DNA from: Chrysomallon squamiferum
Lineage: Eukaryota > Animalia > Mollusca
NCBI GenBank assembly: GCA_012295275.1
Contig: CM022670.1
Span: 37,386,001 to 37,450,000, forward strand
Direction of reading: 5' to 3'
Length of the DNA: 64,000 bases
Shown in pieces: positions 30,039 through 43,300 of this stretch. The number at the start of each line of letters is the position of its first letter. Position 1 is the stretch's first letter. The notes below the pieces were generated by a model, which saw nothing but the letters and a program-made list of their open reading frames with translations, did not search any database and had not been told where the DNA came from. Position numbers and translations under genes: made by a program.

Positions 30039-31123
30039 TAGTGTACAGTTGCCTAAAAAAAAATTACCTCTTCAAAGATCTTTGACAGCAGGTAATTTGA
30101 ATGTGATGTCAACAGCAGACTGCTTTTCTTCAACCTCTGACAGACTTCTGGACCCATCTCAACGTATACCAGACACTCCATGGAGGCTTGACTACCTGAA
30201 TATCGAACCACTGCAAGTTGTTCTGCACAATGCTGACAAAGCGTATGCAGAGAGTATTAGACAGCAGTTGAGTGGTGTCCGCCTGGAGAAATCTGCAATG
30301 AGACTGCCTCTGACTCCACTCAAACTGAAAGAAATGATGGATTCCCCAATAAAATTTGGAAGAAATGTGGACCTTTACCATTCCTCTGACCAGCAGATAC
30401 AGTTTTCCAATAAAAAACCTTCAAGATCTGCAGCCACAAACCCAAAAGAAGATGGAAGAAAAACTGGTTTTATGTCAGAACATTTGCAGTTACCAAGACT
30501 ATGCAATTCTCCATACAGATTTAGAAGACATGAATACGGAGAAGGAACTGGGACAAAATGATTTGGTAGAAGTGGAAAAAAACAAAATCCACAAAGAAGA
30601 AAACACCACTTCGACAAATGATAGCAACTATCCACATCAGAATAAAACATGCAACAAAGATGTCCACCATGGTTCTCTTCCTGAACTGAAAAAAGAAAAA
30701 TCTGAGTTCACTCCAAAAAAGGGAAACCAGTCATTTGATGATGAGATTGTTTATGCCTGTTCTGTGAGGCAACAATCAAATACAATAATGAGCAAGCACA
30801 GAAAACCAGAAAGTGGTAAAATCCTTCGGCAGCATGGCAGACGAAGAAGGAAATCAGCTGAGAGGGAAAACATAGATCATTCATCCAATTTGTTAGAAAA
30901 CAAGAGCTTCCCCGAGTCACAGAAATACAAATGTATCAGTGAAGAAAACAGTGAAAACATTAATTACAGGAACAGTTCGTACGAAGTAAGATCAAGAGAT
31001 ATTTATTATCACAGAAGGCAAACTAAACATTCTTCAGAAGATGTCAACTGTAGTCACTCGAGAATTCCTTTCCAACCCATTGAAAATGGGCAGAGATGTT
31101 TTAACACGAATACAACTCATTGA
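30039..31123 (+). other. Coding-like continuation of the XKR terminal exon in two further frames (stop-to-stop 29953-30561 and 30353-31123)
   Basis: Both ORFs overlap the preceding one and each is shifted +1. Exon-like composition ends abruptly at the 31123 stop, after which the sequence is T-rich and UTR-like. Confidence 0.65.
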
Positions 31124-32247
31124 ATAATTTACTGTTGATTCAGCCCAGTAACTGTTAACAATAATCATTTATTGTTGTTTGATCAATGTTTTTAACTTTT
31201 AGTATTTAGTTTGTTGTTGTTGGCAAGCTTTTTAGTTTTGCTGTTCTTTTTGTTGTTTCCATTTTACTAATCAGTATTGGTTGGTGTTTCTTTTTTTAAT
31301 TTGTTTTTTTTTTACCTTTTTCCAATGTTTTATCACTGTATTTTGTTGCCTGTTAATTTTTCCATTTTAGTTACTTTTTTCACCATGTTTCAATTTTTAG
31401 TGCATGTTAATGCATGTGTATATTATTGATAATTATGTATATTGATATATTTGCATATTTTCATTTCCTTAAAAATATTTAAGTCCCAAACTCTTATTCA
31501 CTTGATAGTTGCAGTATTTATTTATTTATTTATTTATTTCATATTTTATTTTTTTTTTGACCTTTTAACACTAAATGATATCATACATTATAAAACAAAC
31601 CTTATTTGGAATCCATTGCATGGAGTTTTAGTTACAAAATGGCCATTTACACCATTCTAGTCTTTACATTCAATGCATTTTAATGCATATATATTTTCAT
31701 CTGTACTGCAAAAGTTTTGTTTAAAATTATTGCTTCATCAGCATATGCCTGAATGTTTCAGTTACTGTTTTTCTTTTTAAAAATCTTGTTGTTTTAGGGT
31801 TTTGTAAATGTTTGTGTTTTTAGTATATTGTTAGATCATGTAGGGGATTTTAAACTTTAATTAAAATCCCGTATTTCTGTTACAATGAACAGTTGCACTT
31901 GTAAATGTTAGTGACAAACTAGTTTGTGAGATGAATCATACATTTTATCAAAATTACTACAATGTTTGGGATTTAATCATTTCTTTATACATTCATATTT
32001 CATACTGATGTAATTATTTGCAGCTTTCTTTCTGTCCATGAATATAATCCAAATTTTATTCAGTTTTCAGAACTGGTAAATTTGACCCAGTATGAGTATT
32101 TCTTTACAGTCATTTTTTTCATTGCAAAAGCTTTTATCCAATGAAATTCCAAAAGTAAATGTAGGGTTTAAACTGAAGTTTTGAGATTTAATTTTGTTGA
32201 ACAGCATCTTTCAATGGTGTAAATTGTAATTTGCCATATCAGTACAG

Positions 32248-32286
32248 AATAAATTTTGTTTTGATTCACTAGGTTTTGTGTTTATT
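32248..32286. terminator. Convergent polyadenylation signals of XKR (+) and BSDC1 (-)
   Basis: AATAAA at 32248-53 (+) faces TTTATT at 32281-86 (minus-strand AATAAA), where the T-rich to A-rich strand skew flips. Confidence 0.45.
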
Positions 32287-33378
32287 TCTAATTGTTAGTG
32301 CCCTGAATGTCTTTATAACATTCCTGTGAATGATTCAGCAGTTTAAAAATGATTGCTGCAAATGACGGAGTAATCAAAAAAAAATCTGCTACACAAAAGA
32401 CAAAGTTTAATTTCCCAACTCCACATTTATTATGCAAGTACAAATACAAGCAGTAATGTACCAGTACAACCAATTATATATAATTATATAAATACATAAC
32501 AAAAATTATATTACATAACAGACAACTCATTCTTCCTCTAAGACATAACTGTACAAATTCAAAAAATAAAATTAATTTGAATATAGGACCAAATGGCATA
32601 GTGCTGTAATGACAAACTGTCATAAAAACAACTAGTTCCATTTTATTTCTACTTTTTTTTTTCTTCACATTTTAGAACTATCATTGGAGCAGTAAAACAA
32701 CAATGCTTGTTAATGCTATTCAGTATAAACATACAAATGGAAAATAACTAATTTTATTAGATATATAAAAAAAAAATTTTTTAAAATACATAATCTTTAA
32801 ATTCTGTATCAAGATAGTTAATATTGTTTACAGTTGCCTGAATCAACTGCAGGATATTATCCCTGAACAAAATTAATTACCAAATACCATATCTCACAAA
32901 TTAAGAACACAGTACATTAATTTAATAGTGATAATTTTAATTTATCCCAATTTTCAATGAGACCTGGACATAAACAAGATTATCTTTTAAACCAATGAGT
33001 ATATTTTGAGTATTTTTCAATGCTAAATAAATAAAACTTCTAAATTCTGCTAACAAAATACATCATCTACATTTTGTGTAACTCCATATGGTATACATAC
33101 GGAAAACAATTTAAGATATATTTGTATAAGAGGATAGTTTCAGAACAATATCAGCCATTAAAGTATAAATATATTGTCATTAGTAACTGAAAAAATGCAC
33201 AAAGAACAAAACCATAAACTTTCAAACAAATCAGCCATTATTTTCATTTATCCACCTAGATTAGAACAAAATTGTCCAGTAATTTACAGTTTTCATACTC
33301 AGAGTTCATGATCAGATGTTAAAACAATTACGAAAACAAAATATTAAAATTCTGCCCACTGAAGCAAGAACAATGTGT

Positions 33379-36300
33379 TTATTCCCAATTTTCCCAGTCA
33401 TCATCCTGAAATAATTTGAAAAAATCATAAATGCAATTTCTGTATAAAACTATTCTTCAAATACAGTCTAACAAGTACAATATATCAGCAGTTTTCCCAT
33501 CTCAAAATGTCTTAAATGTTGTTTTTTTATTTATTTATTTATTTATTTATTTATTGTGTTGTTCTTAGGAACAGTTTTTAATTTCAAGTTCTATATTTGT
33601 AAAATGATAATGTGAAGATATTCATTTTGAAATTTTTACAGGAATGACTAATATTCAATGACAAGACAACAATATCATTACAACTTCTGATGCATATACA
33701 AGTTCATATTTGTGTGATTAATGTTAATTACAAATACCTGTAGATCAAGATTTGTTCCCAGATTTTTTGCAATCTCATCAGCTGCCTTCAAGTCCTCTTC
33801 AGTAACTTCAATATCAAAATCATGTTCCCAGTCTTCTTCTGTGCTTGGATCTGGAAGAAGGTGCAGGAAATCTGCCAGACATATACACAGCTAATCTAAG
33901 CATGCAGTGTTAGAACATAACTATATGCTAATAAAATTTTATATGATAACATTAATATTCTTTAATTTGGTTTCTAGATTTATAAAAATATATCATCTAC
34001 GTTTAGCAGTTCTGCGTTTTATTTTCTATGACTGGTTAGTATTATTTTTTTTTTTTTTTTTTTAAATTAATACTTTGCATCTATTTTTTTCTCAGTCAAA
34101 TTTAAATCTTGTTGGGTCCCCCACACCCATTATTTTGCTATTGTATTTACTTAGTCACTTAATTACAATAAGTACTTTAGATTTTTTTAAAAATATGAAT
34201 TACCTTTTGTTCCACTGGAATCGGAATTAGGGGATTCTCTATCAGAACCCACAACAACCATATCCCCTTTAATTTTGGTCTTCAAATCAACTTCATCTCC
34301 AAGTGAAGCATGTCCTGCTTCTTCATCCTTTCCTGACTTCACAACAGAATCGGACTGTGCCAGAATATCAGAGTCTGTAATTCTGCGAGCCACAGCTGAC
34401 GGGGCAGTTTCTGGTATTATTTCAACAGAAGACCTTTCTGCCTCAGGTGTTTGCACTGGAATCTGTTCTTCAATTTTCATCACAGATGTTTGTTCAGTAT
34501 CTAGAGTCTCACAGTTATTACTGGTATTTTTGGCTTCAGTATTTTCTGTTGGTTCTTCAGCTGCTTGATTGGTACTGAAAGTATTTACATCTTCAACATG
34601 ACTGACATCCAAATCTTCAGAAGATGCTGGATGCAACTCTTGGTTGTCAGGAGCAACAGTTTCAGCAGCTGAAGACTCGGGTGAATTAACTTTATCAGTT
34701 TGTGAGTCACTTACAACAATCTGCTGTTGAACCTCAGACGACAATTTTTTTACTGGATCTTTTGTTTCAGTGACCCGATTGTCTCTGTTTTTCAAACTCT
34801 CTGTGCTAGCACTATTTTCATCTTTCTTCTGAGCATTGTTCGTTATTTCTTGATCACAAGTCAAGTTATCACAGGGCTTCTGTTCCTTTGATAGATCAGA
34901 TGAACGTGTATCTTTCCCACGTTCTGGCATTGGCTGAAGGCTGGAAGAAGGTAAACTAGGTTTATTTTTTGGGACTGACTGTTTCGTTTCTGAGGATTCT
35001 GTAATGCTGGTATTGGAAAGGTCCTCAAATTCTTCTTCTCCACTCCAGTCATCTGAAATTATTTAAACACTTTCTGAAGAAGAGGTCATGGCATAAATAA
35101 AATATTACAGTACAATCTATTTTTTCATCCTTAGTTAAGAGTTCAAGGAAAATAAATGAAAACTGAATGTTAATAAACCAAAAAATATATCTTAAATAAC
35201 ATATCGCATGAACTCAAAGTATATTATTTATATATTTATGTATATTGCCTTCCCATCCTAGAGAATCTTCACGTTCTTGTTCAGCTCGATTCATCATTGC
35301 CTGTTTACGAAGTTCGTCCATCTCAAGTTGGTGCAGTTTGTAGAAATAACGTTCCCAGAACTGGGTATGTGACATCTGTAAAGGGACCTGAAGAAAATAA
35401 TTAGAACAAGATTTTAAAAGAGGTTTTTAAAAGACTGGTTTCATTCTCTTTCTAATATTATATATACTAATTTTAAGAAAATAATGTCATAATGGATTAA
35501 ATCTTAAAACAACCTGAAACAAATTTTAATTTTTTTTTAAATTTTTTTTTTTTAAATGCATTACTATTTAATAAAAAAAAGCAAAAATTAAATAAATTGT
35601 TTACCAGTTTAGTATACAATGCCCGGACTTCCACATTTGTCACAAGAACCTCTGAGATGTGTCCTTTGTTGTCATCCAGCTTGAATTCAGCCAGCCAGTC
35701 CTTAAACTGATGTTCAGTACCACTGGGTTCATTCAGGTAGGTTCCTGGATCAACCTGAATTGCCCGTAGACGAGCCTTTGGGAAAAGTAAGAAATAAAGT
35801 TTATTTTCATATCATCAACACTAACACTATATTGTATCAAAAACAAATTATGATTCAATGTTAAGAGAAAAATATTTACTTCATTTATAACGTTAACAGT
35901 ATTTTTTTGATTATATTAAACAAATATATGTATTTTTATTATTTTATTCTGTTGCAGAGCTTTCCTGAAAATATTATTTAAATATGGATATATTTGATAG
36001 AAAAACAGTTATAAAAAATCTAGCATAACTTTTCTGTTAATCATTTTCACTTTTAGTTTTATTTGCCTTTAATTAATTTAATATACACATTAATAGATTC
36101 TGTAAACCAAAATACAAATGCTGATTTTAAAGTAAAAACAGAACCTTTTTTTTTTGAAAAGATCAATATATTTTGATATTTATCATACTATGTCATCAAA
36201 TCTCACTTACCTTTTGATCTGTCAAACACAGTTGTTCCCTCACTGGCTTGTTGTGTATTACGAATGTTATCATCATCATCATCATCATCATGAGGTATGA

Positions 36301-38295
36301 CCAGAGCTTTTGACAACCCCTCAAACAGCATGTTAAAACTTTCCTTCACTTTCTCCTTTGTAGCACTCGTGTTCTCAGCCTTGTAAAAAAAAAATCAATA
36401 CTCATTCTCGTTCATTTTGAGACAACTGTCTTGAATGATGAAATACTAAACGGCTGTTGTCAGCCTTAAACAAAAGCAGCAGCAACATGTTTTCTTTTGA
36501 GACACGTTGTCAAGAGAATTGATTGATATATTCCTTTGTAGTGACAAAATCAAACATTACAAGATGAATATTTATCCCAAAATTTATTTGCTTTGTTAAT
36601 ATAGATATCAATATTTAATGTAAGCTTAAAGACTTTCTGTAAATAAAAATCTAAGGTTAATTTTTATGTAAAATCAAAACAAAATGCAATTATTTTTTAA
36701 CACTTCTTAAATTAATTTCCATTCTGTAATGCTGTAAGAGTTTATATAACAACCACAACAACAATAAATTAAAGTCCCTTATATAAACTTGATATTTAAA
36801 AAATAATAATTTAAATTAATTATTATATATTTTAAACAAAAATAAATAAATAAATAAAAATAAAATAATAAAAAAATTATATCACTATTTGAGGAAAATT
36901 TTAAATCAGCAAGTTATTCAGTAATTTATGGATGCACATGAGTTCAGTCCAAGTCTTAATTACTAACTTAACCAGATATTATTTATTCATTTATTGTTTT
37001 ATCTTTTTTATAAATAATTCTTTGATTTATTGATGGTATAGAAAAGTAGACAATAAAAAAATCTTTATATATTTTGTAAAAATAAACTAGTCTAAATTTT
37101 TAAAAATAATATAACCATTCCCAAAATAATATTACCATTCCCTTTAATGCAGAAACCATAACCTATCAGTTAACGCTTTTTCACAAAAATTACCTTTAAT
37201 GTTTCTTTGATGGTGGAACTTGTCACACCCACAATTTTTGTTGTGTCATGAGTCATAGTGGTAGTGAATTCAGAAAGATCTCGTTTTACAAAATCAACTG
37301 CAGCCAAACTCTGAATAGAAATTTTAATTAAAATGATCAAGAAATTTTATACAAAATGAAAATATTAAATAAAAATAATTTCATATTTATTAGTAATTCT
37401 AATCATAACAAACTGTCAATGAATACATTTATATATATATATATATATCCAGTTTCAATGTTTCTAAGATTTAGTTTATTATTACAGGATTAAAAAAAAA
37501 ATAATAATAATATTTATTAAAAAACAAAATAAATTAAAATTTAAAGAAAGGAAATATTAATAATAAATGATACATTTAAGTTCTTTTTAAATAAATCTGT
37601 AAAACTGTCAAAAACCAAAGAGATAAATCATAACAACACATTTAGTTACATTTATTATTATTATTTTCTTTTATTATTTATTTACCTTTTCCTTTGCTGA
37701 CTGTAACCAGCCACCCCACCAGCTGCCTTGAGTTTCCTCCATGCTTAAAAGTAGTAAAATCAATAAATATAACATCTAACTACTACTACAAGTAATAATA
37801 ATAACAGCAACAACAACAGTAAAAACGTTGAGATCGGACAAAAAAATAAACAAAATATAAATATGGTGATATGTAGCAATAAATAATAATATTAATGTCG
37901 ACAGAATGTTAAATCATAATCGTATTTTGCTTCTGACATATTGTATCTATATTATAATCGCAGTTATCTAATTAAAAAAATACATTCTGTATGATATTCC
38001 TGACTTGCTGATTTCTAATGATCTGACATTATATGCTTACATTGTAACTGTCAGTGTCAGACTGGTCAAATCAAAACATAAACAAACCATAGAATTAATA
38101 AAGACAAATATCAAAATATTCAACAAATTGATATAGCAGAGATATTGTCAGTTCGTAAAATAAGGATGATATGTAACATTTTAAATAAACTAATTAATCT
38201 AAAATATATATATATATATATATTTTTTTTTTTTTACTTTATACTATTTGTGACGTTGAAGTTATTTTTATTCATAGATATTACCTCTCTGCCAT
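33379..38295 (-). CDS. BSDC1: BSD domain-containing protein 1 (~550 aa; one extra base at the exon 4 end)
   Basis: Exons 38295-38285 (MAE), 37743-37686 (SWWGGWLQSAKEK), 37310-37194 (DFVKRDLSEF), 36379-36211, 35775-35605 (ARLRAIQVDPGTYLNEP), 35387-35249 (VP..SHTQFWERYFY, BSD signature), 35052-34204, 33850-33738 (EDWEHDFDIEVTEED) and 33405-33379 (DDDWENWE*). These match conserved BSDC1 blocks from the N- to the C-terminus. Confidence 0.93.
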
Positions 38296-38450
38296 TTTTG
38301 TCTGCTTATCATTAATTTCCACCCTTCAGACAAGGGCATTGAATTAATCGGAAATGTTTCTTATACATACAGCATTAATCAACGTCATTTTATCCTCTGG
38401 TTTATTGATAAGATGAAACAATTTATTCCTAAATATATAATAAAACAACC

Positions 38451-38496
<46 letters not shown>

Positions 38497-38735
38497 TTAT
38501 ATACATTTTTTGTTACTTAAAACAATAAAAAGGGTAGCAGTATTAAAAAGTAGCAAGTGTGTACTTAAGTATTGTATTATATACAGTTCAGTATGATCGA
38601 AACATTTCAGTTTAATATTTAACTGCAGGTAAAGCTACAAAATTCCATAAACAAACAATCAAATATGTTTATATTTAAGGGCGAATTGTTCAAACATCTA
38701 TTCAACGTCTTTGCTATTATTATTTGTGCGTTTAA

Positions 38736-38776
<41 letters not shown>

Positions 38777-39656
38777 TGTATATTAACTGTAGCATAATTT
38801 TAAAATACATATAATATTACGTTCGTTAAATAATCATAGATGTAATTTTTGTTTCAGTTATTGATTCTGATAATTTCGTTCGAATATTTTATATGCTGTT
38901 ATAAATGAAACCATTATTGTTTCAAAATTCATCCTTCAAAAATTATTTTTATTTAATAATAATAATAACTGTTATTGTTGTTGTTGTTGTAGCTGTTGTT
39001 GCTGTTGGTTGTGTGTTATAAACAACCTCTGTAAATGTTATATGGACTACGATCAAATTTGCTAAAAGAAAAACATACCGGTTACAATGTGTGCGTGCGT
39101 GCATACATATAGGACTAAGTAAATTTTTGTATTACTTAAAAATACCGGAAAAAAAATATTATAATGTGCTTGGCAACAATTTAAAAAATAAATAAATAAA
39201 AAATACGAAAACGAAGAAGAGGAGGGAGGAAGAAAGAAAATATCCTTCAAAATTATGGGTAGTAAGTAATTCAGCAGAACTGTGTAACGGTGTACTTATT
39301 GCAATCTTTCAAATTTGTATAGTGATTAAGCGACATGATATTGAATAAATTTTCGTTGGGAACGCTCAGACATTTGTACAATGATCACGGCCATTTCAAG
39401 ACGATGTTTTGTTTTTTGGCAAAATTTAAGAAATGGCACAAATTCGTTTAATTCGTCACATTTGTGAAAATTTGGCATGGTTTATTTACTGAAAATTACC
39501 GTCAACTGCGGTTTTAATGACATAAATTAATTTTCTGTAGTATTTAAAATAATATCTAAACCGACCTTAATAATTAAAATAAAAGCTCTCTAAAGATGAG
39601 TCATAATTTTATAAATAAATAAATAAATAAATAAATACACCTAATAATAATAATAA

Positions 39657-39687
<31 letters not shown>

Positions 39688-40379
39688 AAGAAGAAGAAGA
39701 AGAAAGAAAGAAACACATTTAAAATGGTGATAGTTACTTTGTTGGAACCTTTTGGTCAATAATTTTATGATTATACAATATTTTGCACAATTCATATTTG
39801 AAACATGAAACACTGGCTGAAATGAAAAGGCTGAAATGAAAAGACTGCTGAAGTGCAGACTATATTAATCACAATAAAAGAGAATTAATCAAAACACACA
39901 TACTTGTTTTCACATTTTATTAACTGATATGTAATGTGATGTTGTATGAATAATATAGGTATAAATACAGCTGAAAGAGAGAAACAAAAACATTTAGAAG
40001 TAAATGTTTTTATAAAGAATTTCAGTCCACATAAGCTAAAATAAAAATTTGACTAAAAAAGAGAAAGCAACTGCTATAAAACATTTTTATAAGGAAAGGT
40101 GCTACAGAATTAAAATGCTAAATATCAGTAAAAATTGAAACATGCTATTTCAGCTTTATAAAAAAAAAAGGCTGTATGATATATTCTGATTAAAACATTT
40201 TATCAAAAAATTGGCAGTGAACAGACACATACTATTTTTGATGTTGTAAGAACTGAAAATAAACTGAGAACTGGTTTTAATTTCAAAAGCTATTATTATC
40301 TTGCATAATATTAATTATTCTCATGTAGAACAACTGTAAATATATGTATAAAAAAAGTGCATGAGATCTTTTATTTCTC

Positions 40380-43300
40380 TTAGAGGAAAGTCAACCATTT
40401 CAAACAGGAAAGTTTAGGTTCCAGTACTTTGTAGCCTTTCTTGTTTGTTAATTTCTTTAGATGAGATTCAAAATGTTGAAGATAGTACTTCATCTTTCTA
40501 AAATGATACAAATCTTCTTTCATATAATCTTTGTGTTTATTGTCTTCTCTTCCAGATCTATCTGCCTGTTCCAGTGAAAAGCATGAAGGTGTCTCTTTCA
40601 CATTTTTCGCTTCTGCTTTATTCTGTATCCTGTATGACTGTTCACTTTGATCTGTTGGTATCAGTATAGTGGAATTATTTTTTTTCCTTGGAGTTTGAAA
40701 TTTGTTCTTCTGCAGAAGGCCTGTTGTTGTTATGTAAGAATTTAACAGAAACATCACCAGTATAACATATTTTGTGCAGTCTTTGTCACATGCTTTTATG
40801 AAACCATCTTCTGTGGCCAGCACTTGTTCATACAGAAAGTCTGGAGGAATGTAGCTTGTTCTGGGTGAATCTGTTACTTGTGCTGAAGCTGGAAAATAAA
40901 TTTCAAAAAGCATTTACATGAAACAGACAATAATTCGCCATATACATGTAAATCCTGTATTTAGAACTTATGTAATATTAAATTTCTAAAATATAATTAA
41001 GTCTTATTTTTAAAAAGTTGAAACACTCTCAATCAATAATAAATTGAAAACTGACCCCAGAAAGGAAGCATTAAAAAAAAAAAAAAATTAATCGGGTCAG
41101 TGTAATCATTGGTCAAACTATATTTATACTAAATCTACTTTTTTTTTTTTTTTTTTTTTTTTTACATCACACAAAATTTTGTGTTTGACATAAATCAGAT
41201 ATTTACCAGGAAAGTTTGTCTGGGTTTGTGAAGAGTTCCTCTTCCAAGATTCATTTTCATCATTCAGCAAACTCTGCTGAACTGTATTCAGAAAATTCTT
41301 CATTTCAGCTGTCTTAGCTAAATCAGCAGGGGAGAAACCATTACTGGTTTCAGCAGTCAGCAGCCTGACCCCTAATAAATAACAGAATAATTTATTACGG
41401 AAAACATAACTGAAAATATTTTAATGATAAAATATCACAAACACCTGAAACAATAAACATATTTGGACAATAATTCTCCAGGTGTTTTTTTTTTTGAAAG
41501 AATCTTTGATATTCTGAAAAGACAACATGATATAAAAAACGTTATCTGCCTGTAGATTCTCAGACATTAATATTCAATGAATTAATGTGAAATCTAAAAC
41601 TGGCAATTGTAATAACTATCTTAAAAATTTTTCTTGGCTAATCAATTGATAAACTTGTTTCAACTCTTTTTGTAACAAAAAGAATAATATCTATAAACAG
41701 TTATTGATAGATACACACTCATACACACATACATATATATCTAACTATTTAAACAAATGCCATCACCTTTTATTCATTACATTTACAATTAAAGGACTAA
41801 AAATCTGCTGAATTGTAATAAAAAATCAAATCAAAATTACCTCCATGTTTAAGAAGCAGTCGACATATGTCTATTCTGTTGCAGATTACAGCATCATGTA
41901 ATGGAGTAATACCATCTGGGGTGCTTAGAAGAAGATCAACTTTGCTGGATTTGGAATCTACAATAACAAATATTATCACCTGAAACATACTGAAAGAAAA
42001 TAAACTTTACCTGCAGGAAGAAAAAGTAACAGTTGGTTTACAAAACAAAAGAATAAAATATTTTCATTATTTTCAACCATCAAAAAGGAATTTGAGAAAT
42101 AATGTTCTTTAGTGGCAAATTCATACCAAATGTTGCCTCATTAGGTCCACTGACAAAATATTTATTAATAATTAACAAATGTCTTTTCTTTTCATGATTT
42201 ACTCTGCTCACTAAGCCTACCAAATAACTTGTGTAATGACTGGAACAAGAAAACTGAAAATGATACAGTGATAAAAATGTATTTTTTGTTTATATATTCT
42301 GTTAATGAAGTTAAACATATCCCAACCTTTATTAAAGTAGCTGTCTACTGTTTTTGCTGGTACATATTTCAAGAGCATCTCCACACACTGAATGTGCCCA
42401 TGGTTACAGGCTTCATGCAAGGGAGTCCAACCAGCATTGTCTTGTACATTCACATCAATTCCTGTAAACAATTAATATACTTTCAAGCATATTTGATCAC
42501 TAGAAAAAACATATTAATATGAAAAATATTTGTAAAACTCAGTGCTTTTTAAAATTATTATTGTTTGCTTTCACTTCAAAAAAATAATACTATTACACAC
42601 ATTCATAAATTCTTTTAAAATCAATCTTAAATTTTGAACTATATCTCTGACACAATGAAAAACAAAAATGACTGTGAAATTTATCAGTGCTTTATTTTAT
42701 GAGAGTAATTTTATTAGCAGAGTTTGTTTTGAAGTATTGAAAATGTCTTTACGCGTATGTACATTGTTTGATTTATATATTATATTTTTTGATTTATATA
42801 TCATACCTGGAACCTGCAGTAACTGTTCAAGATTTTGGGTGTCATTACTAATACATGCACGATGGATCAGACATTCACCTAAAATGAACACAATATATTT
42901 ATTTACTGTTGCAAACAACTGAGTAAAAAAAAAAAAAAAATCTAAAACAAAAACACAGAAAATTTCAAAATGAAAATAAACTAAATGATTATGCTTCCCC
43001 ACCTCCAAGTGTTTGAGTTAATAACACCTAAAATGGGGGGGATAGAAGTTTAAATTTATCCATTTCATAAAACCTCAATCTTTGCTAATAATAAATTATG
43101 GCAATAACAGAAGAAGAATGTGACTGTATTTCAAAGCTGATATTTCTCCTTATTTTGCGATATCCTTTTATACCCTAAAAAGTAATAACAATCTTTGACT
43201 GACTATGCAATTCTGCCCCCACCCTTTTCCATGTATAAAATTACGAAAAAAAGAAAAACTTAAGCAAATTATTTTTCTCCTCATATCAATATTTTGAAAC

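Noticed and set aside
30036-30056. Stop readthrough or A-to-I recoding of the XKR TAA-TAG
   Set aside because: Frame 0 hits another TAA four codons later, so readthrough cannot explain the downstream ORFs.
28634-34568. Antisense ORFs over the XKR and BSDC1 large exons (28634-28999, 30130-30381, 30375-30650, 34275-34568)
   Set aside because: These are shadow ORFs of real coding exons.
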